A stretch of DNA of 64,000 nucleotides from a plasmid. The stretch is taken from sequence record NZ_CP118102.1. One strand, written 5' to 3'. Below are positions 49,852 to 59,300 of this stretch, piece after piece. The translations under genes and the position numbers were made by a program. Numbering within the stretch: position 1 is the stretch's first letter; each line of letters starts with the position of its first letter. The notes below the pieces were generated by a model. The model ran no database searches. It was not told the DNA's origin and saw only the letters and a program-made list of their open reading frames with translations.

Positions 49852-50292
49852 GTGCCAGTGACTTTTAGGGAAGCATGCGACTTTGTAAACAAGCATCATC
49901 CTGCCCCGCAGGGTATGAAGTTTGCACTCGGTCTCAGTAATGGAAGGGAATTAATTGGAGTCTTGATAGCCGGTCGGCCTGTGTCTCGCTTAAGAGATAA
50001 CGGAAAGACAATTGAAGTTACCCGCTTATGCGTCCACAGTGCTTATAAAAATGCATGCAGTAAGTTATATGCATCGGCTGCACGTATAGCAAAAAAGATG
50101 GGCTATCAAATGCTCATTACCTATACGTTGGAGGAGGAAGATGGAGGCTCACTTCGAGGGGTAGGATTTCAATTTATTGGAGTGACTCCAGGAGGAAGCT
50201 GGCATAGCAAATCCCGCAGCCGGCAAGACCGACATCCAATGGGACCAAAAAGGGCTTGGAGCCTGAATCTATCGTCGAGCCAGGAGGAATAA
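49852..50292 (+). CDS. XF1762-family-like small protein (GNAT-like fold?), function unknown
   Basis: 146 aa. 'HHPAPQGMKFALG...GVLIAGRPVSRLRDNGKTIEVTRLCV...ACSKLYASAARIAKKMGYQMLITYTL' recalls the conserved core of XF1762-type proteins. Confidence 0.3.
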   Translation: MPVTFREACDFVNKHHPAPQGMKFALGLSNGRELIGVLIAGRPVSRLRDNGKTIEVTRLCVHSAYKNACSKLYASAARIAKKMGYQMLITYTLEEEDGGSLRGVGFQFIGVTPGGSWHSKSRSRQDRHPMGPKRAWSLNLSSSQEE

Positions 50293-51200
50293 AGAAACAA
50301 GGAGTGTTTGTTGTGAATCGTATTGCATTGATTACAGAGTCATCTACCCGGCAAGATAGTCCAATGCCTGCTTATCGATTCTACCAAGGATCCCGCAGCC
50401 GTTGGGTAAACAACATCATTCGTTACATGGAGGTACGTAATTTTTCGGAGGACAACATCTTCTTTCTTAGTGTATTTGGGCAGCGGATCATTGGGTACCA
50501 GGAGATTATTGACCCGTACCCTGTTCGAAAATGGCACCCACGAAAGGATGAATGTACTGCTTTTGCAGAAAAGGTATTGGCTTTTATTCAACAAATTCAC
50601 CCGCTTCCCTTCGTAGAAATCCATACCGGTAAGACCATATCAGACCCCTTAAAACGTCTGTTTGACGAAAAGGGAATCGAATACCGAGTATACGGTGACG
50701 GAGTTCCTCTTGGAGCAAAGCCTACATGGTACGCGGAGTTAATTGAGAACGAGCTTACCCAAATCCGACTGAAAGAGATTGAAAGAGAAAAGATGGTCGT
50801 ATCTTCGTTAATTCAATTCCAGTCGCCACAAGAGGCAAGCCATTTAATCGATCAATTCGAAAATAAGGCACACCTATACGGAGTTGAAGCCAACATAGAA
50901 GAGCTTAAAAAATTACTTGGCAGCTACCGCCAAAAGAAAAAGGACGCGAAAAAGGCATATGAAGCATTCAACAACGTAATGGAGAAAGAAGATATTGCAG
51001 GGGAATTTAATAAGTTCCTGCTGAATGTTCAATCCCTTGCTGAACTTCATGGACATGCTCATTTTGAAGAAATAAAGAGCAGATTCGGTCAGAGTGTAGC
51101 AAAGCTTAGGTTGTACTTGATCAAGCATAACTACGCTTTAATGGCCGAATACAGCATCTTTGCTGCACTGCAGCGTATGCAAATAGCGCTTCTTAAATGA
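50256..51200 (+). CDS. hypothetical protein
   Basis: 314 aa ORF. The true start is possibly the ATG at ~50358 ('MPAYRFYQGSRSRW'). Coiled-coil-like C-terminus. Confidence 0.3.
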   Translation: MEPESIVEPGGIKKQGVFVVNRIALITESSTRQDSPMPAYRFYQGSRSRWVNNIIRYMEVRNFSEDNIFFLSVFGQRIIGYQEIIDPYPVRKWHPRKDECTAFAEKVLAFIQQIHPLPFVEIHTGKTISDPLKRLFDEKGIEYRVYGDGVPLGAKPTWYAELIENELTQIRLKEIEREKMVVSSLIQFQSPQEASHLIDQFENKAHLYGVEANIEELKKLLGSYRQKKKDAKKAYEAFNNVMEKEDIAGEFNKFLLNVQSLAELHGHAHFEEIKSRFGQSVAKLRLYLIKHNYALMAEYSIFAALQRMQIALLK

Positions 51201-51230
51201 TGAGTAAATAAAAAAGACATAGGAACGAGA

Positions 51231-51995
51231 GTGATAGATGTGATCAAGTGTACTTCTGATATTTCTCTAACAGAGCTGAACTGCGAGTGTGAGGGGGCAA
51301 AAGACTGCCCAATATGTAACGAAAAAGGTTCTGTTACGGTTTTGGACTTTTCAGAAGCCTCTCTGTATTGGCATGAAATGCTCGAGAATTTCGTTTATCG
51401 CCTAGAAGCTGATTATCAGTATTCTAACTTTGTCACGGATATTTATCGCATCCAGGATAAGTTGTTTGTAACTTATTTAGGCGGGGAATTTAAAGAATCG
51501 CAATCTTTCTGGTTTGATATTCAATTTCTCAATACATTAGAGCTGAATCTGAATGATCCATTACAGCTTGAGACGGTTACTCTTGATGGAATTCATGATT
51601 GGTCCACTGAGGTTTACAACACCATTATGTCTGCCGATTACAAGGGAACACTTGCTGGATCTGGGATACTAGATTGTAACGAGAAAGAGGAGAAAAACAC
51701 AGAGATATATATAGATTTAAGTACTCAAGTCATAATTTCAGTAAAGATGTTTCAGGATCTTATTCAGGAGGTCACTCCTTATATGGGTCCTACTGCAGTT
51801 GAACGAGCTGCTGCAGACTTTCAACTTTGGACGAATACTCCCTATTCTGAATATGTTAGGCGTTCTGAAGCAGGAGAAGATGCTCATGAAATTCTTGGAG
51901 AAGATTTTGCTGGTTCAACCTTGTATTTCGAGACAGCTGTTATTGAGCCGTCACCGAATACAGATGAAAAAGAGTACTTAGTAATTAAGGAGTAA
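51231..51995 (+). CDS. hypothetical protein with N-terminal Cys cluster
   Basis: 254 aa. 'LNCECEGAKDCPICNEKG' gives a possible zinc ribbon. Confidence 0.3.
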   Translation: MIDVIKCTSDISLTELNCECEGAKDCPICNEKGSVTVLDFSEASLYWHEMLENFVYRLEADYQYSNFVTDIYRIQDKLFVTYLGGEFKESQSFWFDIQFLNTLELNLNDPLQLETVTLDGIHDWSTEVYNTIMSADYKGTLAGSGILDCNEKEEKNTEIYIDLSTQVIISVKMFQDLIQEVTPYMGPTAVERAAADFQLWTNTPYSEYVRRSEAGEDAHEILGEDFAGSTLYFETAVIEPSPNTDEKEYLVIKE

Positions 51996-52223
51996 AAGAA
52001 ATGACAAATAAAAGTAGGCTACTCCATACTCTCTAAACTCAGGTGTGAATGAAGGAACGGATTTATTTCCGTTATGCGGTTCATTGTAACCCCCTTCTGC
52101 GAGCTCCCTATTGGGATAAGTAGCACTTACGTTTCTCTAATCGAGGATCCGTAAGAGGACAGATAGAGTCCTGCCTATTTCCGAATCGATAAAACCGATT
52201 TCGGATAATAGGAGAGATGGAAG

Positions 52224-53051
52224 ATGGCACTGAAAAACAATGTTGTACAGACGGGTCTACGATACTTCGGAGGTAAGGCAAAACTTGCGCATTCAATTAT
52301 TCCTTACCTACCTGACCATCATTGCTGGGTTGATTTATTCGGCGGGGCTGCCAATATGACGATTGCCCGTGAGCCCAGTAAAGTTGAGGTGTTTAATGAT
52401 AAAGACGGAGATCTTATCAATTTTTATATGATGCTGCGGCAGCAAAAGGAGCAACTGATAGAAGACCTAGCCTCTTTGCCAACGAGCCGTTTTTTATATG
52501 AGACCTGGCTTCGTGAAGAAATGCCGGAGGACCCATATGAACGCGCTGTTCGATACTTCTATCTGCTCAGACAAAGCATCATTCCTATGCCTAATCAACC
52601 GAGCGGCTGGCGTGCTGGAAGAGTAAAGAACTGCGCTTCAGATTACCAGTCATCGATACTCAAGTTGGACTCTTTTGAGAAACGCTTCCGCAATGTCATG
52701 ATTGAATGCTTAGACTACCGAGAAATCATAAAACGTTATGATGGACCAGAGGTGTTCTTTTTTATTGATCCTCCTTATGTTGGCCGTGAGAATTGCTACA
52801 AAGGTGGTTTCCGGCAAGAGGATCATGTGGAACTAGCTGAGATGCTTAAGCATATAGAGGGGAAGTGCCTTGTTACCTATTATGGTGACCCGCTTGTGCT
52901 TGAGCTTTATAAAGATTGGAATTACGTGACCTTAGAAGCGAAGGTTGGTTCTGTTGTGAAAGCATCAGAAGGCCAAAAACGTAGGACAGAAACCGAGTAT
53001 CTGTTTATGAACTATTCACCTACTATGTCAGGACAGATTTCATTCTTCTAA
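52224..53051 (+). CDS. dam: Dam-family N6-adenine DNA methyltransferase
   Basis: 275 aa. The N-terminal 'LRYFGGKAKLAHSIIPYLPDHHCWVDLFGGAANM' is the AdoMet motif and 'FFFIDPPYVGRE' is the DPPY catalytic motif (D12 class). Confidence 0.8.
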   Translation: MALKNNVVQTGLRYFGGKAKLAHSIIPYLPDHHCWVDLFGGAANMTIAREPSKVEVFNDKDGDLINFYMMLRQQKEQLIEDLASLPTSRFLYETWLREEMPEDPYERAVRYFYLLRQSIIPMPNQPSGWRAGRVKNCASDYQSSILKLDSFEKRFRNVMIECLDYREIIKRYDGPEVFFFIDPPYVGRENCYKGGFRQEDHVELAEMLKHIEGKCLVTYYGDPLVLELYKDWNYVTLEAKVGSVVKASEGQKRRTETEYLFMNYSPTMSGQISFF

Positions 53052-53092
53052 TAAAGAGCAGCATTATAGCAGTATATTCTAAATGCTTTACA

Positions 53093-53134
53093 CCCTCTGC
53101 ACAGGGAAACATTAATCCTCCCTGTGCAGAAGGG
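53093..53134 (+). promoter_or_regulatory. 15-bp stem-loop between the two methyltransferase genes whose 3' arm overlaps the RBS
   Basis: 'CCCTCTGCACAGGGAaacattaatccTCCCTGTGCAGAAGGGaggagcaggagg', then GTG at 53156. Confidence 0.4.
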
Positions 53135-53155
53135 AGGAGCAGGAGGAATAACATA

Positions 53156-54772
53156 GTGGTATTTGCAATCAAACCTGAAGTTAAGACGGAACATACGGTA
53201 GCTCATCTATTTGGCGGAGCAGGCGGCGGCTCTCTTGGTTTCGCTCAGGCACGAGCAGAATATATGGGATACGTCGGACGTTTTCGAACACTCTGCAGCA
53301 TTGATGCTGACCCGGTTGTTTGTCAAAACTATGAGCTAATTACAGGTGGTAAGGCCGTATGTATGGATTTGTTTTCAAGAGAACAGTACATAGATTTTCA
53401 CGGAGATGAACCGCCGAATCATTGGCATGAGGCCACGCCTGGTGATCTATGGGACGCATTTGGTTGGGAAGTACCTGATGTAATTTTTACATCTCCTCCA
53501 TGCAAGGGTTTTTCGGGTCTGCTGCCTGAAAAATCAGCAAAAACAAAGAAGTACCAGGCTCTCAACATGCTAACAATCCGTGGTCTAGAAATAGCGCTTA
53601 AAGCTTGTCTCGAGTACGGTGGACATCTTCCAGCGCTCATCTTGCTTGAGAATGTGCCTCGCATTATGACCAGAGGAAAGCAGATTCTTGATCGAATCAA
53701 AAAGCTATTGCAGTCATTTGGCTATATTACCAGCGATAATACTCACGATTGTGGGGAGTTAGGTGGTCTGGCGGAACGGAGAAAGAGATATCTCTTAATC
53801 TCCAGACAAGAAAAGCGTGTGAAAAATTTTGTCTATCAGCCTCCACGCAGGCCATTAAAAACAATTGGAGATGTTATCAAAGATTTACCATTTCCAGGTG
53901 ATACAGTCGCAGCAGGACCGCTTCACCGGCTTCCTAAACTTGAGTGGAAGACATGGATGCGTCTTGCGCCGATTCCTGCCGGCGGAGATTGGAGAGATTT
54001 AAATAAGCTCGATTGGTGGAACTATCGAGTTCAACACGAGCCTAGACGAGGGGCTTGGGCAGTTGAAGATTGGAACAGTGTTTCTAGAACAATCACAGGA
54101 GGAGCTGGGCCTGGCAGGAGCAATGGAGCTTCAGCCGTATCTGATCCTCGAATGGGTTTAAACGAAGGAAGTACGCATCGTTCCATTTACCGTATGTCTC
54201 AATGGGATGAGGCTTCCCAAACGGTGACAGGCGCTGTAGGGCCGAATAATGGAGCTATTTGCGTAAATGATCCTCGTCTTAAAGAACGGAAGGGGAGACA
54301 CCCTGGGGTGTATCAAGTTGTTAGACATGATGAGCCTTCCCCATGTGTGACCGGAACCCGGTTCGGCAGCGGTGCCTTGGCTTTCTCTGACCCAAGGAAT
54401 GCTGCACCTTCCAATGTTCTAAACGGTACAGAGGATGGAACATTTCCTGCAGATCAGGATCGAGGCGTGTACCTCATCATTGCTGAAGACGGTACTTGGC
54501 ATCGTCCACTTACGACTTACGAATTAGCGATGTTGCAATCTTTCCCTGCTCATTTGCCTAATGGTATGCCTTTCCAGCTTGTTGGCTGCAGTGATGCAAA
54601 GGCTCGGGAGTATATAGGAAATGCGGTACCTCCGGAAGCAGCTAAAGCAATGGGGACAACCTTCCTTGTTGCTTTGATGGCGGCTTCTGTAGATGCCGGC
54701 TTTACGCTGAGCTATGAGGCTGTTTGGGTTCGTAATGAATCAGAACAGCAGTCAGAAGCAATCTTACATTAA
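53156..54772 (+). CDS. DNA cytosine-5 methyltransferase with enlarged, internally repeated variable (TRD) region
   Basis: 538 aa. Motif I 'HLFGGAGGGSLGF', motif IV 'TSPPCKGFSG', motif VI 'LLENVP' and motif X 'YIGNAVPP'. The region between ~aa 300 and 430 holds three tandem modules: 'ITGGAGPGRSNGASAVSDPR', 'VTGAVGPNNGAICVNDPR' and 'VTGTRFGSGALAFSDPR'. Confidence 0.8.
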   Translation: MVFAIKPEVKTEHTVAHLFGGAGGGSLGFAQARAEYMGYVGRFRTLCSIDADPVVCQNYELITGGKAVCMDLFSREQYIDFHGDEPPNHWHEATPGDLWDAFGWEVPDVIFTSPPCKGFSGLLPEKSAKTKKYQALNMLTIRGLEIALKACLEYGGHLPALILLENVPRIMTRGKQILDRIKKLLQSFGYITSDNTHDCGELGGLAERRKRYLLISRQEKRVKNFVYQPPRRPLKTIGDVIKDLPFPGDTVAAGPLHRLPKLEWKTWMRLAPIPAGGDWRDLNKLDWWNYRVQHEPRRGAWAVEDWNSVSRTITGGAGPGRSNGASAVSDPRMGLNEGSTHRSIYRMSQWDEASQTVTGAVGPNNGAICVNDPRLKERKGRHPGVYQVVRHDEPSPCVTGTRFGSGALAFSDPRNAAPSNVLNGTEDGTFPADQDRGVYLIIAEDGTWHRPLTTYELAMLQSFPAHLPNGMPFQLVGCSDAKAREYIGNAVPPEAAKAMGTTFLVALMAASVDAGFTLSYEAVWVRNESEQQSEAILH

Positions 54773-54964
54773 AGAAATCTGTACTTGAGTTTATATAAAT
54801 AGCAGGAGCTGCCAAAAAGGCAGCTTTTTTGCTCTATAAAGAAACTCTCCTATCAGATGCTTCAATAGAAAGTCAAAATATGAAGGTGTCTATCTTCCGA
54901 GATAGTTTCCTTTCAAGATATGTTAAGTATAATGTTTAATATACATAGATGATGGAGGCTTTTC

Positions 54965-55678
54965 ATGAAATTTCTTATAAGACTAGGGATATGGGTTTTG
55001 TTTTATTCCTTTTGGAATAATAGACTTTTTTTATGGGCTCGAAAACATAAATGGTTTAAGGAGGATCATGGCACCTTCGATAAGTTGGCTGTTTTATTAA
55101 CAATGTTTGGCGTTGGTTTTGCTGTTTATCAATACATCTTCTCAGTGAAACCGATCTTTGATAAAGAAAATGAATTAGCAACTGCAAAGGTAGAAATTAA
55201 CGAGCTATCAAACGAAATTAAAGAAAAGAATTCTGAAGCACTCAGACTCCAAAATGATATAAAAAACAGCACGACGCTTTCTGAGGAATTAAAAAGTGAC
55301 GTAACTAACCTTCAGAAGGAAAAAGAACAGTTATCTGCTCAAGTGGAACGGTCCAAACTAGAGATAAGTGAGTTACAGAGCAATATAGCAGATACCCGTG
55401 ATAATGCATTAGAAGCTTACTTATATAAACATGTGAGCGAAATTATGAATGATTTATTGTTAGAGAATCTATATGACAAAAATACTTTATCAAAAAGTCA
55501 TTCATTGCTTTATGTAGAAGAAGCACTCGATAAGGCTTCTATTGAAAATGTGGAGAAGGAGGCATTAAATATAATTAAAGAATATGCGGAAACCACTATG
55601 CCAGAGGATTCATACGAAACAACAGATATTTACGGAGCCCTAATTTACTATGCTGAAAAAAATACGAATATGCCTTAG
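54965..55678 (+). CDS. membrane-anchored coiled-coil protein
   Basis: 237 aa with two N-terminal transmembrane helices, then a heptad-rich segment ('NELSNEIKEKNSEALRLQNDIKN...'). Confidence 0.3.
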   Translation: MKFLIRLGIWVLFYSFWNNRLFLWARKHKWFKEDHGTFDKLAVLLTMFGVGFAVYQYIFSVKPIFDKENELATAKVEINELSNEIKEKNSEALRLQNDIKNSTTLSEELKSDVTNLQKEKEQLSAQVERSKLEISELQSNIADTRDNALEAYLYKHVSEIMNDLLLENLYDKNTLSKSHSLLYVEEALDKASIENVEKEALNIIKEYAETTMPEDSYETTDIYGALIYYAEKNTNMP

Positions 55679-55730
55679 TATCATACGGTCGAGTGTTTCT
55701 TGTACTCAGCACATGGGACTTTGGTCAAAG

Positions 55731-55905
55731 GAACAATTACGAGCCTTCATTAAAGAGAATAATGAGGTCACGGCCAAAATGACGCCAAACACCCGCAACA
55801 GCAAAAGCAAAAAGATAGTCGTCAGTGAGTATGGCGAGCAAGAGATTACCATGCCTAGGGATCGGATGAGCGAATTCGAGCCCATTGTCGTGCAGAACTG
55901 GGCCA
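55731..55905 (+). pseudogene. remnant of an IS256-family (Mutator-type) transposase N-terminal region
   Basis: 'NSKSKKIVVSEYGEQEITMPRDRMSEFEPIVVQNW' matches the conserved IS256 transposase segment (…GYSKKT..S.YGE.E..VPRDR.GEFEP..V…). The DDE domain is absent. Confidence 0.5.
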
Positions 55906-56098
55906 GATGCTACTCCAACTGTCTGTCTTTTTTCCAGAACGGGTGGGCAATCATTTACGTTAAGTCGCCAAATCCCCCTCGGGGGATTTCCTTGTCATTC
56001 TTGACAGACCCATACTTTAAACTATCTGCATACCCAATAAAACATATTTAAAAAATAGAAAGAAGCAGCCAGTTACGACAGCTTCTTTCTATTTTTAG

Positions 56099-56347
56099 CT
56101 ACTGCTTAATATTTTTTAACTGCTTTTGTAAATCAAAATCCTCTGGCTTAGGAAGGTAAGCCCACTTCTCTCCATTTTGAATCCATTCTTTTAGATAACC
56201 CTCGTAGGTATATCCTTGATCATCATCGTGAAAACCAAACTCAAATCCACAACATGGGCAAACGATAAATGTTTTATATCCATATTCATCGATAGGGGGT
56301 TCTTCCAATTCGTTGTATCCACATACAAGACAAATAAAAGTTTTCAT
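56099..56347 (-). CDS. small zinc-ribbon protein, candidate immunity protein for the adjacent Rhs toxin
   Basis: 82 aa. 'CLVCGY...CPCCGFEF' gives two Cys pairs. Begins 19 nt downstream of the Rhs stop in the same orientation. Confidence 0.35.
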   Translation of the reverse strand: MKTFICLVCGYNELEEPPIDEYGYKTFIVCPCCGFEFGFHDDDQGYTYEGYLKEWIQNGEKWAYLPKPEDFDLQKQLKNIKQ

Positions 56348-56365
56348 ATTAATCTCCTGATTTTA

Positions 56366-59300
56366 TTATTGATTTCTCCAATACTTCATCCCAGCTTTAG
56401 GTTTGTAATATGTTCTTATGTGACCTTTTCTATCTAATACTCCGAATTCATTTGTTTTTGGATTGTAATAGAGTCGATCTCCATTTGCTCTTGATTTCTT
56501 TAATACGTTCCGGCCATTTTTTGCTTTGAAGAATTTGTTAGCTTTTGTTGAGTATGCCCCTAAACTAAGTTTTTTAGCACCAAATTCATTCAAGTGGTGT
56601 TTATGAGCATTAGCAAATTTCATATTTCTAAAATTATAGTTCTTAGATTTAGATTTAGAAACTCTTCGAGCTGTGTAAGTAGCCTGTTTCGCTAATTTTT
56701 TTGGAGCTTGTTTCTTTAAATAATACTTCACTCCAATTTTAACTAATATAAATGTTACTTGAATTATAGAAAAGGGATTATCGCCATCATGGTCAACCAA
56801 ATTCACTGGATTATTATCACTATATGAATATTTATTCTGGTTAATTGGTGAAGCACTATCTCCAGAATGTGAATCCATAGTTAGGAACACAGCTAGATCT
56901 GGATCATAATATCTCGCTGATAACAGATATAAACCAGTTTCATCATCATAGCGATATCCTGCGTAACGATAAGGGTTAACATCAGCAAGTTCACCACTTT
57001 GGGATATTATATTTCCCCAAGCATCGTAATCATAAGAAGCAACTATGTTTCCTGAATTATCAGTTAAACTGACTACGTCCCCGTGACCATTTAAGTGATA
57101 GTAATATGTTTGTCCTTCAAATATAAATGCAACTGGTACGTCACTTTCATCCCATATATATTCAATTACTATATTCCCGGATTCATCAGTTTCGTAGATA
57201 ACTTTATCATCTTGGTAGAAATAGTTGCGTTTTTTATTTTTCGTCTCAGTACTGATACGTTTTCCATTATTATCATATCTAGCACTAAATATAGTAACAT
57301 TATCAGTGTCCTTAATTTCCGTTAACTGATCAAAAACGTTATAAACATATACGTTTTGATTATCTTTAACTAAGTTACCATTCCGATCATACTCAAAAGC
57401 GGTACCATTAAATGTACTAATTTGATTAACTTTATTAAAAGTTAACTCATTGGTGGTAACATCGGAACCCTTTGTTACTTTTTTAGTATCTCGATTACCC
57501 GTGAAATCATACGAATACTCAATTTTAGTACCATCAGTCAACGTTTCTGAAATCAACTGACTAAGGTTGTTATACTCGTATTCAACAGTTCCAGTGGAAG
57601 CAGTTACTGACTTAATCAGATTATTTTGGTCATAGGTATAATTGTATTCGTTGATGGCTGTTCCATCAGAACGATAATTTGCATAACCAGTTAAATTTTT
57701 AGCTTTATCATATTCAGTTTTTGTTGTTGCCCCATTACCTAGAGTAATATTTTTGAGGTCATCAGCGGTGTCATAACCATAGCTAATAATTTTAGTATTA
57801 TTGAAATACAGATCTGTGAGTCTATCAAACTCATCGTAATTATAGTTAATTACGGAGTCAATAGCATTAACAGAGTACGTTAGAGACTTAACTTCCCCAT
57901 TTTCAAAATATAGATATTTTTTTGAACTTCCTCTATCTATTTCTGAATCAATAGAACCACTATCCGTGTACTTAATAACTTTTTCGTCATCGTTAATGGT
58001 TTCCAAATTTCCATTCGGATCATATGTGTATGAGTAGAGAACATTGTCATTTTCTTTGGTGGCAACCAATTGATTCAATTCGTTATAAACATAGGTAAAA
58101 ATCCTGCCATTCGGAGTCTTAGTTTCAATAAGATTACCATTAGAATCATATTTATTATTTGTAGTGTTGCCCAAGGCATCTGTAGACGATAAGATCTGCC
58201 CAGTTCCATTGTAAGTATTTACCTCAACACTACCATTTGGATATGTTGTTCTTAAAAGGTTACGATTATTATCGTAGTCATACGTAGTAACCTGTTTGTT
58301 TGCATCAGTAACTTTTACAAGTTCATTTTGTTGATTATATTCATAATAACTCGTATTTCCCTTACCATCAGTTTTGCTTAATTCATTCCCTTGTTTATCT
58401 GTTACCGATATTGTAATATTTCCATTCCCATCGGTTGTAGTTAATACTTCATTCCCAACTGCATTGTAAGAGTATGAATCCATAGATCCATCGGGTTTAT
58501 CAACAGTTTTTAAGTTTCCATATTGATCATAGGTATGCTTTGTTACCTGACCTTTTGAATCAGTAATGGTATCAACTTTACCCTTATCATTATAAGCATA
58601 GGTTATAACATTCCCACTTGGATCTGTTTCTGTAGAAACAAAATTTAAAGAATTATACGTGTATTTTGTTGTTCGATTTTCTTCATCAGTCTTCTCAAGA
58701 ACATTACCGTATGAATCATATTTTTGAATATATTTCTTGCCGGTAGAATCAATAAATATCTCTGGATTATAGTTTGTATCATATTCAACCTGTTCTTCTG
58801 TTCCGTCTGCATAAACAATTGATGTAGGGGTATAATTGCTATCCATGTGATACTCAGTTACATTACCTAGAGCATCCGCAACATAAGAGGTTCTTCCAGC
58901 AAATTGATAGCTTTTTCCCGGTCGTTCTAAACCATCTACACCAGAAACGTCTGTCGATGGCTCCTGAACTTTAGCAACATATTCATTCTCATAAGTAAAG
59001 TCTGTCCTGCGGTTATTAGGATCAATAACTGTAGTAAGGTAACCTTCTGGGCTGTAACCATATTTTGTTCGGTTATAAGTTCCGTCAGTAGAATACTGAT
59101 CCACCGAAACAAGTCTTTTATTAATATCGTAATTGTAATCTGTTTTTTGTCCTTCTAACATCGCATAGTCAACTAAACCACTCGTTGTATAAGTGAATAC
59201 TAGTTCTCTACCCGTAGCATCGACTATACCAGTTAACTTTCCATCTGTTGAATATTTGTATTCAAGTTTATTTCCATATAGATCCTGTTCATAGCTTATT

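Noticed and set aside
49622-49861. 79-aa ORF as a confident gene
   Set aside because: It was kept only as part of the unknown block. The likely start is internal (MINEGF…) and it overlaps the next gene's start, so its coding status is uncertain.
52108-52296. 62-aa minus-strand ORF overlapping the dam start
   Set aside because: It overlaps the well-supported dam start and the structured leader, has no RBS and no motifs. It is likely spurious.
55650-56051. Intact 133-aa gene
   Set aside because: Only the middle of the translation resembles an IS256 transposase segment and the flanking residues are unrelated. It is treated as a transposase remnant, not a functional CDS.
56216-57325. Small plus-strand ORFs (73 aa, 76 aa) inside and adjacent to the Rhs gene
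   Set aside because: They are antisense to the 1623-aa Rhs CDS or sit in its 3' flank, and their translations are hydrophobic and low-complexity. They are spurious.
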